In this document: positions 18,427 through 28,811 of the stretch, piece after piece | Layout: each line of letters begins with the position of its first letter | Position numbering within the stretch: position 1 is the first letter of the stretch | Virus record (IMG/VR): IMGVR_UViG_3300022891_000003 | Coordinates: 1 to 63,221 of that record | DNA from: a virus | Taxonomy: Duplodnaviria > Caudoviricetes | Length of the DNA: 63,221 bases | Strand: one strand, 5' to 3' | Notes under the pieces: model-generated | What the model was told of the DNA's origin: nothing | What the model saw: only the letters and a program-made list of their open reading frames with translations | The model's database searches: none | Made by a program: the position numbers and the translations under genes

Positions 18427-18620
18427 AACTGCGGTGCCCGGAGGGCATCAAGTTCGGAGAGCTGATCGGCCGCGAGATCGAGGTGAAGTGCCGTAGCAGT
18501 CGCTGCGGTGCGGAACCGGGGGTGGTGGTTCTTCACCGCTTCGACAGCAGTACAGGACAGGTCCTCGGGACCACCCGGTACCGGACCCTAGTAGTTGAAG
18601 GGAGTGACAATGGCAATTAA
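18420..18620 (+). CDS. Small Cys/His protein (start uncertain)
   Basis: ELRCPEG...EVKCRSSRCG...VLHRF fills the gap before the major tail gene; no canonical start at the apparent N-terminus. Confidence 0.45.
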   Translation, partial: AVELRCPEGIKFGELIGREIEVKCRSSRCGAEPGVVVLHRFDSSTGQVLGTTRYRTLVVEGSDNGN

Positions 18621-19155
18621 CAACATCCGCCTCCCCTATGGCCTCCGGGACATCAAGGTGGCCACGCTGGACGGCGCAGGCGTCAAGGGAACCCTGGTCG
18701 ACCTGCCCAACGCGCAGACGCTGGAGTTCCAGGAGGAGACGGAGACGCAGACGCTGCGCGGTGACGACACCGACGTGGCCAAGCGAGTCACCGTCAGTGG
18801 CGTCAGCTGGACCCTCGAGGCAGGCGGCATCCAGTTCCAGGCGATGGTCGTGATCGCCGGTGGTACGTACGCCACCACCGGGACCACGCCGAACGTCAAG
18901 AATACCTGGATTCGGATGGGCACGGACGCTTACCCGGACTTCTATCTGTCCGGCCTTGCGATGAGTGAGAGCGGCGGCAGTCACGCCACCATCATTCACC
19001 GCGCGAAGGCCGAGCAGATCTCCGGCAGCCACACCGACGGCGAGTTCTGGGTCAGCCACGCAGAAGGTACCGGCTTCGCCACCCTCACGGCGGCGGACGT
19101 CGGCAAGGTCTGGACCATGCAGGCCGACGAGACGGCGCTCAGCGCGGCGCCGTAG
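18610..19155 (+). CDS. Major tail protein
   Basis: LPYGLRDIK...LRGDD; followed by hairpin, chaperone and tape measure. Confidence 0.85.
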   Translation: MAINNIRLPYGLRDIKVATLDGAGVKGTLVDLPNAQTLEFQEETETQTLRGDDTDVAKRVTVSGVSWTLEAGGIQFQAMVVIAGGTYATTGTTPNVKNTWIRMGTDAYPDFYLSGLAMSESGGSHATIIHRAKAEQISGSHTDGEFWVSHAEGTGFATLTAADVGKVWTMQADETALSAAP

Positions 19156-19162
19156 CAAGACC

Positions 19163-19195
19163 GGGGGCCGAGTATCGATGGGGAGCTCGGCCCCC
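19163..19195 (+). terminator. Hairpin terminator after major tail gene
   Basis: GGGGGCCGAG...CTCGGCCCCC. Confidence 0.55.
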
Positions 19196-19234
19196 ACCTA
19201 ACAACCGTTCACAGACGCCAAGGAGCGCAGAACA

Positions 19235-19828
19235 ATGGCACAGCCCAACTTCTCCGACATGAGCCCCGCAGAGTTCGCAGCCTGGAAGGCGGCCAACACT
19301 CCGAACGCGGACGGCCAGCAGTACCTCACCACCCTCCCGGACTCCATTCAGCCGAACTTCCCGAAGCCGAACGGCACCGAGAGCGACAAGGACCCGTACG
19401 CGGTCACGGCCTGGGGCTCTCAGGAGTACGACTTCGTGGTCCCGAGCGGCCAGCGCTGCCGGATGAAGAAGCTCCGGCCGGAGGAGCTCATCGGCAACGG
19501 CCTGCTCGACAAGATCACACGGCTTCCGGGACTCGCCGACGACCAGATCAAGAAGGCCGAAGGCCAGCCGCCGTCTGCTCTCATCAGTGCCCTTCCCTCC
19601 AAGGAAGACATGGAGAAGGTTATCGAGGTTCTCGACGAGCTGATCCCGCTGGTCGTGGTCCGGCCGGTCGTTCTTTCGATCCCGAAGCCCGACGAGACCG
19701 GAGCTGTGCAGGGTCGCTTCGAAGGCGTCGTCTACACCGACGACATCGAGCTCGCCGACCGCATCGCCATCATGAACCGGGCGACGCAAGGCGTGAGCAA
19801 GATGGATAACTTTCGCGAAAAGTCCTGA
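19235..19828 (+). CDS. Tail assembly chaperone (gpG-like)
   Basis: Between major tail and tape measure genes; AAGGAG RBS. Confidence 0.75.
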   Translation: MAQPNFSDMSPAEFAAWKAANTPNADGQQYLTTLPDSIQPNFPKPNGTESDKDPYAVTAWGSQEYDFVVPSGQRCRMKKLRPEELIGNGLLDKITRLPGLADDQIKKAEGQPPSALISALPSKEDMEKVIEVLDELIPLVVVRPVVLSIPKPDETGAVQGRFEGVVYTDDIELADRIAIMNRATQGVSKMDNFREKS

Positions 19829-20096
19829 GGCCCTGTTCAACGCCTGGTCGATGTCGAAAGCTATGAGCTGTCGGCCAAGTGCGGTGTACGGGCTGGAGCA
19901 AGGCAGCTTCGAGTCTTACGCGTTTGACAGCGCCGTGGTCCGATGGGGCAGTGCATTTGACGCAGCCCTGCAGGACGCCGTGCAAGGCGCCAAGAACGAG
20001 CAGGGGGCCGAGGCTGCACGCCAGCGGGTTATCAGGCGCTGGCTGCCATCTGAGCGCCGATACGCCGACCCTGCCAAGCGCGGTTCGGCACTGTAG
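19803..20096 (+). CDS. Tail assembly chaperone extension (gpT-like), probably reached by frameshift
   Basis: Open in the +1 frame across TTT CGC at 19811-19816. Confidence 0.6.
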   Translation, partial: WITFAKSPEALFNAWSMSKAMSCRPSAVYGLEQGSFESYAFDSAVVRWGSAFDAALQDAVQGAKNEQGAEAARQRVIRRWLPSERRYADPAKRGSAL

Positions 20097-20111
20097 GAAC
20101 GGGAGCGGGGC

Positions 20112-23100
20112 ATGGCGTACGACCTCGGCACTGCCCATGGCAAGATCGAGCTGAGCTATGACGGTGCAGAATCCGTCGACAAGGCCAAGAAGGACATCGA
20201 TAGTGTCGGTGACAAGAGCAAGGACACCGACCGGGATCTTTCCAAGCTAGGGGCCACTCTCAAGGGTCTCGGCAAGGGCGCCAGCCTAACCTTCCTCACG
20301 GTGGGGATGACCAACGCGGCTGCGGGCGCTGCCGATCTGGTCGTCGAGCTTCTAGGGATCGTTCCTCAGCTCACGAGCATCGCCAGCTTGGCCAGCGCCC
20401 TCCCCGCTCTCTTCGCAGGCGGTGCTGCCGCGCTTGGTACGTTCAAGGCCATCACGGCAGGCGTCGGTGACACGCTCAAGGCAGCCTTCGATCCCAAGGG
20501 CGCTAAGAAGTTCGCCGAGGGGCTCAAGGAACTGAGCCCGGCCGCGCAGGAGTTCGCACGTGCGGTGCAGGCGAACGTCAAGCCTCTTCAGGAGTACCAG
20601 AAGTCCGTCCAGGAAGCCTTCTTCAGTGCCAGTGGGCTGACCAAGGCACTACCGGTGGTCAGTGACATCCTAGAGCAGTTCCGACCGCACATCATCGGAA
20701 TGGCTCATGACTTCGGGGAGGTGACCAAGCAGGTAGCAGCTTTCGCTACCGAAGGGCGTACGGTCACCTTCCTCGAGGACAGCATCTCCACGTTCCGAGA
20801 CGCGCTCAACAGCGTGCGGCCAGCCATCGAGCCCATCCTCACGGGCCTGCGGGCAGTGGGGGAGGTGGGGATGCCCCTGCTGCTCAACCTCGGTGGTGCG
20901 GTAGGGGACCTCGGCGTCAAGTTCGGCAACTGGCTGAACGCCATCGCTAGCGACGGTCGGCTCAACGAGTGGATAGATACGGCCATCGGGACGCTCAAGA
21001 CGCTGGGCGGTATCCTGCAGAACGTCGGCAGCATCTTGCAGTCGGTGTTCCAGGCCGCCGGGCAGACCGGTGGCGGGCTGCTGCAAACCATCGAGAAGGT
21101 AACCGGAGCGTTCGCTACGTTCCTCAACAGTGCGGAGGGCTCGGCCGCGTTGCGCAGCCTGTTCCAGGGCATCAGTGACGTAGCCAGCCAGCTAAGTCCG
21201 GTCATCACTACGCTCGCGGGTGCTCTGGCCGGTGCGCTGGGGCCAGCACTTACCCGCATTGCCACCGAACTCGGGCCGGTGCTGTTGCAAGTGGTTCAGG
21301 CGCTGGCTCCAGCGTTCGCACCGCTGGCTAAGGCGATTGCCGACGTGGTCATCGCCGTTGCCCCCCTCCTCCCTCCCCTTGCGCAGGCTGTGGCGCTGTT
21401 CGCTCAGTTGGCGGCTGGTGCCCTGAGCTCTATTGCGAGCGAGCTGGGGCCGGTTATCGGCCTGCTCGGTCAGGGTCTCGTGAGCGTGCTCAAGGAGCTG
21501 GCTCCGGTTATTCAGCAGGCTCTCGTGCAGGGCTTGCCGCTTGCTGCTCAGGCTGGATTGGCGTTGCTCCAGGCGTTCCGGCCGCTGCTACCTGTCATGA
21601 TCCAGTTCGGGCAGGTGCTGGCTCAGTCGCTCATGGACAACCTCCCGGCGTTGCTATCCATCGCCCAGCAGCTATTGCCGGTCATCGCCCAGCTAGCTGC
21701 GGCCTTCGCGGGAAACCTGGCAACGGCCCTGCAAGCCATCATCCCGCTCATCCCGACTATCGTGAGCGGCATTGTCGCCTTCCTGCGAGTGTTCTACGGA
21801 ATCATCTCCGTGATGCTTCAGGTGTACACAGCAATCATGCAATTCATCGGTGGCCTGGCGCAGATACCGGGCAAGATCGTGGAGTTCGTGACTGCGGCCA
21901 AGAACTTCATCGTGAACGGGTTCAACGCAGTGGTGACGGCAGTCAGTACGGCCATCACTAGTATCGTGAACTTCTTCACGGCTCTGCCCGGCCGCATCGG
22001 AGCTGGGTTGGCTGCGCTGCCCGGGGTCGTCTGGAACCTTATCAAGAACACGGCTACGCAGGCCGCATTCCTGTTCGGCCAGATGATCGGTACGTTGGTA
22101 AGCCTGAGCATCAACGTGCCCCGGCGCATCGGTGCGGCGCTGGCCGCTCTGCCGGGGGTGGTGGCCAACCTGGCTCGCAGCGCCTGGAACGCTGCGCGTA
22201 GTGCCTTCGTAGCGGGAGTCAACGCAGCGGTCAGCTTTGCTCGCCAGTTGCCCGGCCGCACTCGCAGTGCTATTAGTGCGCTGGTGGGGAACCTGCGCAG
22301 CCTGGCGGTCAGTGCGTGGAATGCGCTCAAGAGCGCGTTCTCCGGCGGCATCAACAATGCGGTGAGTCTGGCGCGCGGCTTGCCAGGACGCATCAAGGGC
22401 GCTCTGGGCAACCTGGGTAGCCTCCTGGCCAGTGCAGGCCGCGATGCCGTGCAGGGGCTTATCAACGGGCTGCGTAGTGGCATTGGTGCGGCTGCGGACG
22501 CCGCGCGCAGCTTGGGTAGCTCGGTCATGAGTGGCATCCGGAGCACGCTGAAGATCAAGTCTCCATCCAAGGCCATGATCACCATCGGTCGATACGTGGT
22601 GCAGGGTCTTGAAAAGGGGCTGCTGGGCAGTGCCGCACAGATCAAGGCCGCCTCGAACAAGCTGGCCAACTACATCAACGACGCGTTCAGCAACAAGCTC
22701 ATCAAGAGGGGTGCGCGCAACAGCGTCCTGAGCACGCTTGCCAGCGGCACCCGACAGCTTACGGCGTTGGTCAATCGCACGAACACTGTTGCCGCACAGC
22801 TCAAGAACGCGCAGACCAAGCTGGCCGATGTGCAGAAGGCGTACAACGACGTTTACGCCAATGCCGTGCAGAAGACCAAGGATACGTTCAGCTTGGTCAC
22901 CAGCGGCCAGACGTTCGTCAACCTGGACTTGACCAAGGAGCGTTTCCAGGCGGCTGTCGACCAGGCCAAGAAGTTCGCGGCAAACATCGCGAACCTTGCC
23001 AAGCGTGGTCTCAACAAGGACCTGTTGCAGCAGCTCGTGGATGCCGGGGCAGCCGACGGCGGGGCCATGGCTGCGGCTCTGGCTGGTGCCAGCAGCGCCA

Positions 23101-23660
23101 CCATCAAGGAGTTCAACGCGCTCCAGGGGCAGCTCACCAGTGCGGCCAAAAGCGTGGGTAAGACCACGGCGGATGCCATGTACGGCGCCGGACTCAAGGC
23201 TGCGCAGGGATTGGTGGCTGGTCTCCAAAAGCAGCAGGTGGCCATTCAAAGGCAGATGGATAAGATCGCCGATGCGATGGTGGCGCGCATCAAGAAAGCG
23301 CTCAAGATCAAGAGCCCGAGCCGCATCATGTTCAACCTGGGCAGGTTCACCACGGAGGGTCTGCTCGACGGCCTGTTGAGCCTCAAGCGCCAGGTGGCGC
23401 TCGCCGCCCAGCAGCTAGCGACCTCGAGCATCATTCCTACGGTGCAACTCACGGCCAGCAAGAGCGCGGCGCAAGCGCAGCAGAACGCGGCAAGTGCTGC
23501 TGTGGGCGGGTCGGTGTTCCAATACAACCAGACGGTCAATGCGCTACCCGGAATGAGCGCCAGCGCGGTGGCCAAGTACAGCCTGGACCGAATGAAGTAC
23601 GCGCTTACCGGGGGCGTCGTTGCGGCTGCCCTCCCAACCCCTTCTCCCGCAGGAGTGTGA
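20112..23660 (+). CDS. Tape measure protein
   Basis: 1182 aa Ala/Leu-rich helical, LGTAHGKI start, two IKSPS motifs. Confidence 0.92.
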   Translation: MAYDLGTAHGKIELSYDGAESVDKAKKDIDSVGDKSKDTDRDLSKLGATLKGLGKGASLTFLTVGMTNAAAGAADLVVELLGIVPQLTSIASLASALPALFAGGAAALGTFKAITAGVGDTLKAAFDPKGAKKFAEGLKELSPAAQEFARAVQANVKPLQEYQKSVQEAFFSASGLTKALPVVSDILEQFRPHIIGMAHDFGEVTKQVAAFATEGRTVTFLEDSISTFRDALNSVRPAIEPILTGLRAVGEVGMPLLLNLGGAVGDLGVKFGNWLNAIASDGRLNEWIDTAIGTLKTLGGILQNVGSILQSVFQAAGQTGGGLLQTIEKVTGAFATFLNSAEGSAALRSLFQGISDVASQLSPVITTLAGALAGALGPALTRIATELGPVLLQVVQALAPAFAPLAKAIADVVIAVAPLLPPLAQAVALFAQLAAGALSSIASELGPVIGLLGQGLVSVLKELAPVIQQALVQGLPLAAQAGLALLQAFRPLLPVMIQFGQVLAQSLMDNLPALLSIAQQLLPVIAQLAAAFAGNLATALQAIIPLIPTIVSGIVAFLRVFYGIISVMLQVYTAIMQFIGGLAQIPGKIVEFVTAAKNFIVNGFNAVVTAVSTAITSIVNFFTALPGRIGAGLAALPGVVWNLIKNTATQAAFLFGQMIGTLVSLSINVPRRIGAALAALPGVVANLARSAWNAARSAFVAGVNAAVSFARQLPGRTRSAISALVGNLRSLAVSAWNALKSAFSGGINNAVSLARGLPGRIKGALGNLGSLLASAGRDAVQGLINGLRSGIGAAADAARSLGSSVMSGIRSTLKIKSPSKAMITIGRYVVQGLEKGLLGSAAQIKAASNKLANYINDAFSNKLIKRGARNSVLSTLASGTRQLTALVNRTNTVAAQLKNAQTKLADVQKAYNDVYANAVQKTKDTFSLVTSGQTFVNLDLTKERFQAAVDQAKKFAANIANLAKRGLNKDLLQQLVDAGAADGGAMAAALAGASSATIKEFNALQGQLTSAAKSVGKTTADAMYGAGLKAAQGLVAGLQKQQVAIQRQMDKIADAMVARIKKALKIKSPSRIMFNLGRFTTEGLLDGLLSLKRQVALAAQQLATSSIIPTVQLTASKSAAQAQQNAASAAVGGSVFQYNQTVNALPGMSASAVAKYSLDRMKYALTGGVVAAALPTPSPAGV

Positions 23661-23661
23661 T

Positions 23662-24537
23662 ATGGCCACGATCTTCAAGCACAAGGTGGTCGCCAACACC
23701 GTCACGTTCAACGACTCCTCGGTGCTCCCTGCGGGGGCGCAGGTGTGGGGGTTGGACATCATGGATGGATGGAAGGACACCGGGGATCCAGAAGAGTCTA
23801 TCGTAGAGCTGGGCAGTTATCGAGACGGTAGCAGTAGCGCCAGCTTCTACCCGATCAGGAGCAAGTACGTCACGGTCGGCGGGTACGTGCTGGCGGCCAG
23901 TGAGGCGGAGGCTGAGGCCCTCGCTGACGTGCTGGCGCGGGATGCCTTCCCGCGCAATCAGTCGTTGGTGCTGACCCGGTATGAAGCGGTGCCCAAGTTC
24001 GCCAATGCACGGCGGAGCGGGCCGGTAGAACTCGACTGGTCTGCTGTGCAGACGGGCTTCCGGTGGACCACGGTCCTCGTCCTAGAAGATCCTTTCCGGT
24101 ACAGCACTGAAGTGCTGAGCGGTAGCGCGGGCGTCGCGGCTACGAGTACGGTCGGGCATACCTTCCCGGTTACCTTCCCTATGACGTTCGGCGCTTCTGT
24201 GAGTGGCACCGGAAACGGTACCAGCGTCAATAACAAGGGGACCGCGTACAGCAGTAACTTCACGGCCACACTCAACGGGGTTCTCAACAAAGGCGCTTGG
24301 CGTCTGGCCAACGATACTACCGGCAAGTCCATCGGGTTCAACGTGGCGCTGGCTACTACTGACCAGTTCGTTCTGGATTTCAAGAATCAAATCGCACTGC
24401 TCAATGGCTCACCCGTGAGCCTGGACTACACAGGTACGTTCTGGCAACTGGCACCCGGTAGCAACAGCATTCGACTATATGCCGAGTACGACGCCAATGC
24501 CAGCGTAACCATCACCGGATACTCGGCGTGGGAATAG
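23662..24537 (+). CDS. Distal tail (Dit-like) protein
   Basis: DPFRYS and LAPGSN motifs; follows tape measure. Confidence 0.75.
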   Translation: MATIFKHKVVANTVTFNDSSVLPAGAQVWGLDIMDGWKDTGDPEESIVELGSYRDGSSSASFYPIRSKYVTVGGYVLAASEAEAEALADVLARDAFPRNQSLVLTRYEAVPKFANARRSGPVELDWSAVQTGFRWTTVLVLEDPFRYSTEVLSGSAGVAATSTVGHTFPVTFPMTFGASVSGTGNGTSVNNKGTAYSSNFTATLNGVLNKGAWRLANDTTGKSIGFNVALATTDQFVLDFKNQIALLNGSPVSLDYTGTFWQLAPGSNSIRLYAEYDANASVTITGYSAWE

Positions 24538-24547
24538 GAGAATTGCA

Positions 24548-25633
24548 ATGACGCTTCAGGCAGTGGCGGGGTTCCTAGGCCAGAGTGGTATTCAGCATCC
24601 GGCCAATCTGTACCGCAATCTGGTCAGCGGTCTGGCCGGTAAGCGGTCCGGCTTCTTCCGATACAACGACTTCACCCTCACGCCGAGTGGCGGTGCCATG
24701 AGCTTGCAGATCGGCGCCGGGGACGCAGTACTCATGGGCACGGAGGCGGTGACCACGCAGGGCGGGTACTACGTCTGGAACAATGCGACAGAGACTCTTG
24801 CCTGGCCCGCGAGCACGAGCCTGCCGCGCGTGGACAGCCTGATCCTGCGGGTAATCGACACTGACTACGGTGCGGACCCGGCAGGCAGCAAGGCGACCTG
24901 GGAGGTTGTGAGCGGCACTCCGGCGGCCAGCCCGAACCCGGTGTCGGACAGTCAGTTCGCGCCCGCAGGGTCGTTCTACCACCCCGGCGCTTGGCTACGA
25001 GTGGCCGACTTCACGGTTCCTGCCAGCAGCACGAACCTGGCGGCAGCCACCCTGAGCCATAAGCGCAAGTACGCACGTCTCGGTAGGCACACGATGACGC
25101 TCAATGCGGACTTCCCAGCGGACCCGCAGACCGGCGATCAGGTAACCGTCATCGACAGCTCGAATCCGGGCGGCCTATACATCTATGCCGGTGGTGGCTG
25201 GGTGAGCGTGGGCGGTCGTAGGACGAGCTACACACCGGCGCTACAGGCGAGCACCACCAACCCGACTCTCGGTACGGGTAGTACGGCTCTCGGATGGTAC
25301 TTCTACGGACCGGGCAATACCGTCACGGTGGGTTTCTTCATTCAGTTCGGTTCTTCCGGCGTAAATGCCGGTAGCGGCCAGTATCTCATCACGCTTCCAG
25401 TTGCTGCGAATGCGGCGCTGGGTAGTGGTCAGCCTGCCATGGGTGCGGGCATGATCCGCCGTAGCTCTGGCGGAGACATTCGGGCGGCTACGCTCTACAT
25501 CCCGTCGAGCAACCTGGGTGTGGTCAGCATGGTTCCCGACGCTACGGGCGGTACCATTGGTGCTACGGCGCCCTGGTCGGCAGCCTGGGCGGCTAGCGAT
25601 TACCTCGCTGGCGAGATCACCTACCCCATCTAG
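24548..25633 (+). CDS. Minor tail protein
   Basis: PRVDSLILRV...GTP motif common to actinophage minor tail proteins. Confidence 0.7.
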   Translation: MTLQAVAGFLGQSGIQHPANLYRNLVSGLAGKRSGFFRYNDFTLTPSGGAMSLQIGAGDAVLMGTEAVTTQGGYYVWNNATETLAWPASTSLPRVDSLILRVIDTDYGADPAGSKATWEVVSGTPAASPNPVSDSQFAPAGSFYHPGAWLRVADFTVPASSTNLAAATLSHKRKYARLGRHTMTLNADFPADPQTGDQVTVIDSSNPGGLYIYAGGGWVSVGGRRTSYTPALQASTTNPTLGTGSTALGWYFYGPGNTVTVGFFIQFGSSGVNAGSGQYLITLPVAANAALGSGQPAMGAGMIRRSSGGDIRAATLYIPSSNLGVVSMVPDATGGTIGATAPWSAAWAASDYLAGEITYPI

Positions 25634-25640
25634 GAGAATC

Positions 25641-25778
25641 ATGAGCCAACCGGAGGAAGACCTCGAGAGATACGCGGGCGAGGAGATCCCTGACCCGTGG
25701 GAAGACCTCGAGCAAACCGACTGGCCGAACGAGGAGGTGGACGAAGATGGCATCGTGGGTGCTGACCAAGGGGCTTGA
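25641..25778 (+). CDS. Small acidic protein
   Basis: AGGAG RBS; MSQPEEDLERYAGEEIPDPW. Confidence 0.5.
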   Translation: MSQPEEDLERYAGEEIPDPWEDLEQTDWPNEEVDEDGIVGADQGA

Positions 25779-26475
25779 GAGCTTCCGCGGCAACATCAAC
25801 GCCCGGTTCCCCAAGCGCGACAAGAAGAGCGACGGCACCATCGGCGACCAGACTCACGCCAGCGGTACCAGCGGTCACAACCCGGACATCACCGGCAAGG
25901 CCGAGTACCGGGACGGCGACAAGCTGAACGAAGTCCGCGCCTGGGACATGGACAGCGACCTAAACGACCAGTACGGCTTCACCGCCGAACAGCTCGTGCA
26001 GTACCTGATCAAGCTGGCACGGTCGGGAGCCTACGTCCCGTTCAAGTACATCATCTACAAGCGCCGCATCTGGCGTAAGAGCAAAGGGTGGAAGACCGAG
26101 ACGTACACGGGGCCGAGCCCGCACACCGAGCATGTGCACTTCTCGGGTGACTTCTCGCAGAAGGCAGACAACTACATCGGAAACCTGGGCATCAAGGACC
26201 TGGGTATTCCGAAGAAGGAGAGCAACGTGGCCCGCACGCTCAGCGACGAGGACGTCGAAGCCATCGCACAGAAGGTTTGGCTGTACGCCATGGCCGACCC
26301 GGAGAAGCCGAAGGGCACCACTCCGGAGACGTACGACAGCACGACTGCCGGGGCGTTCCTGCGGTTCCTCCCCCGACGCATCGCGCAGGAGACCGCGAAG
26401 CGGGACGGTCGCCTGGCCGCCATCGAGACGACCGTCAACTACATCTGGAAGAAGATCAACGGAACCGTAGTCTAG
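25747..26475 (+). CDS. Endolysin (M15-like Zn peptidase)
   Basis: DGTIGD..H...SGHNPD...VRAWD...HTEHVHFS. Confidence 0.75.
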   Translation: MASWVLTKGLESFRGNINARFPKRDKKSDGTIGDQTHASGTSGHNPDITGKAEYRDGDKLNEVRAWDMDSDLNDQYGFTAEQLVQYLIKLARSGAYVPFKYIIYKRRIWRKSKGWKTETYTGPSPHTEHVHFSGDFSQKADNYIGNLGIKDLGIPKKESNVARTLSDEDVEAIAQKVWLYAMADPEKPKGTTPETYDSTTAGAFLRFLPRRIAQETAKRDGRLAAIETTVNYIWKKINGTVV

Positions 26476-26500
26476 GCTGCGGTAGAAGAGGGAGGGTCCG

Positions 26501-27649
26501 GTGTCGGCACCAGTACTCCAGTATCCAGTGCATCACCCCGTGCGCCGCACGCGCATGGGCATGCTGGACATTCGAGATGCCAAGTGGACGGAGGTCGTCA
26601 ACGGCGGTACGACGTTCACGGGCAAGGTGACGGTGCCGGACAACTCCGTTGTCATTGAGAATATCCGCAGCATGACCACGCCGTACGCAGCGGCCATCTA
26701 CGCCACGCCCGGAGACGGGCACATCAGCTTCGGCGGACCAGTGGTCAACCGGGAATGGGACAGCGACAGCAACTCCCTGACCGTTACTGCAATCGACTGG
26801 AAGAGCTGGTTCTACCGCATCGTCGTCGGGCCGAGCGTGTATGGCAACAGCGCGTTGTCTCAGACCTTCACGAACGTTGAACAGCTCACTATCGCGAAGG
26901 CCATCATCGACAAGGCGTACCTCGAGGGCATCAATTACGGCACGCCCATCATCGAGACGGCCAACTACACCACCGGCTTCAACCGCGACTACATCCAGGC
27001 GGGCGTGGACTTCAAGACGCTGGGCGCGCATCTAGATACGCTGGGCGGCTACGCAAACGGCGGCTTCGAGTGGGAGGTGGAGCCCTACTACGCCAGCGAC
27101 TCCTACCCCCGCCTCCGCGTGCAGTTCTACCTCCCGCAACGGGGCGGGGTGGTGCCCGGGCTCGTGTTCCTCAAGACTCCGGACGGCGGCAACATTCTCC
27201 GCATTGAGGACATGGAAGAAGACGCCAGCGGAGTGGCTCGCCGGGTGTGGGCAGTGGGAGAGGGCCCGAACGCGGAGAGTACTCCATGGGGCAGCGACAG
27301 CGACCCGGATCTCGGGCTGCGTAACGTCCTCAGAACCGACCAGGTGACCACATACAGCGGGGCACTAACCACGCCGCAGCTCGCCAGCTACGCTCGGGCT
27401 GAGCGGCTCTACCGGTCGAACGTACTCGGAGGCATGAGCTTCCTGGTGCGGCTGGACAATCCAGACTGGATGACCTACGGCAAGGGAGATCGGTGCCGCA
27501 TCGTGGTGCGGGACAGATTCCTGAACATTGACCAGAAGAACGTACGCATTCTTAGTCGAGAGATAGATCCCGACAACAACACGGCGAAGATCACGGTCAA
27601 CCTCAACGACGTGGTTCTGCCCGAGGTAGATTCCGGAGGGTCGGTATGA
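26501..27649 (+). CDS. Minor tail (Tal/hub-like) protein
   Basis: FGGPV, GGFEW, YGKGD motifs; tail module. Confidence 0.7.
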   Translation: MSAPVLQYPVHHPVRRTRMGMLDIRDAKWTEVVNGGTTFTGKVTVPDNSVVIENIRSMTTPYAAAIYATPGDGHISFGGPVVNREWDSDSNSLTVTAIDWKSWFYRIVVGPSVYGNSALSQTFTNVEQLTIAKAIIDKAYLEGINYGTPIIETANYTTGFNRDYIQAGVDFKTLGAHLDTLGGYANGGFEWEVEPYYASDSYPRLRVQFYLPQRGGVVPGLVFLKTPDGGNILRIEDMEEDASGVARRVWAVGEGPNAESTPWGSDSDPDLGLRNVLRTDQVTTYSGALTTPQLASYARAERLYRSNVLGGMSFLVRLDNPDWMTYGKGDRCRIVVRDRFLNIDQKNVRILSREIDPDNNTAKITVNLNDVVLPEVDSGGSV

Positions 27650-28452
27650 CCAGCAAGAGCGTCCCCACGACTCCGGAAGGCAAGTTCGCCGCGCAGGTTG
27701 AAGCGCTCATCGAAAGCAAGCTCCGCCAACAGCGGTTCGTGGTGCCAATGTTCGCAGCCGACCCGCCGGAGACCGACCCGACGAACCTGTGGATGAGGTA
27801 CGACGGTAGACTGCGCGGCCGGTATTGGAACGGGGCCAGCTACACGTACGTCGACTACCCGATGCGGAGCGACATCACCGCACCCCCGGCGGTCCCGGTA
27901 TACCCTGCCAAGCCAGCCACTCCACTGGCCCCTCAGACGACGGTAAGCCAGTGGACCGCTCTGTGGTCCCAGACGTACACTGGCACCGGCACGAAGCGTA
28001 CCGACACTATCGGAGAATCCAACCTGGTGTTCGGTCAGGACGCGGGCGGTGTCTACAGCACTCAGAAGGCGCTTTTCGGATTCGACTACGCCAGCATTGT
28101 TACCGCTTTGACGGGCAGCACCATTCAGAGCGTGCAGCTGGACTTCGTGGCGCTCAGTACGTTCTTCGGAGGGCCGGTAAGCGCATTCCTGGGGATGCAC
28201 AACCAGACCGCCGAGCCCAGCACCTTCGACGTCACGACCACCATTCTGCGGTACGGCGATCTGGAGACGTTCGTGCCTGGCGGAGGGTTCTCGTGCACTA
28301 TCCCCATCTCCTTCGCGCAGCAGTTGCGCGCTGGTACGGCCAAGGGAATTGTTCTCGAGGCTCAGAATAACGACAAGGGCAACTCCGGCATCGTTGCCGG
28401 GGTGGGCAGCGGTTACACACCGCCCGTGCTCACGGTCACGTACGCGAAGTAG
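27646..28452 (+). CDS. Minor tail protein
   Basis: C-terminal PVLTVTY; Thr/Gly-rich. Confidence 0.65.
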   Translation: MTSKSVPTTPEGKFAAQVEALIESKLRQQRFVVPMFAADPPETDPTNLWMRYDGRLRGRYWNGASYTYVDYPMRSDITAPPAVPVYPAKPATPLAPQTTVSQWTALWSQTYTGTGTKRTDTIGESNLVFGQDAGGVYSTQKALFGFDYASIVTALTGSTIQSVQLDFVALSTFFGGPVSAFLGMHNQTAEPSTFDVTTTILRYGDLETFVPGGGFSCTIPISFAQQLRAGTAKGIVLEAQNNDKGNSGIVAGVGSGYTPPVLTVTYAK

Positions 28453-28466
28453 ACGGGGGAGAATCT

Positions 28467-28811
28467 ATGGCCGAGGTGCAGCCACCGGCTTCTGTGGACC
28501 TAGGGTTCTTGACTGAGATACCGAAGATCATCACCGACCTGGGTTGGGTCGGTGTCGCCATGCTCGTCGCGTACATGTTCGCGACCAACCGCTGGTATTC
28601 CTCCAGACAGCATGATCGCGAGCTGGAGCTGGAAAGGAAGGTAACCGAGGTATGGAAGCAAAACGCCGAAGAGCTGAAGCCTATGCTGGAGCAATTGCTC
28701 GACACGCTCAAGCCCCTGGGACAAAGCGATGCCGCCATCCTGAAAGCCATCGAGGGTATCCAGGCCAGCCAGGAATTCGAGCGTCGACTACGGGACCGAG
28801 GTCGTGACTGA
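28467..28811 (+). CDS. Membrane protein, lysis module
   Basis: One TM then coiled coil. Confidence 0.6.
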   Translation: MAEVQPPASVDLGFLTEIPKIITDLGWVGVAMLVAYMFATNRWYSSRQHDRELELERKVTEVWKQNAEELKPMLEQLLDTLKPLGQSDAAILKAIEGIQASQEFERRLRDRGRD

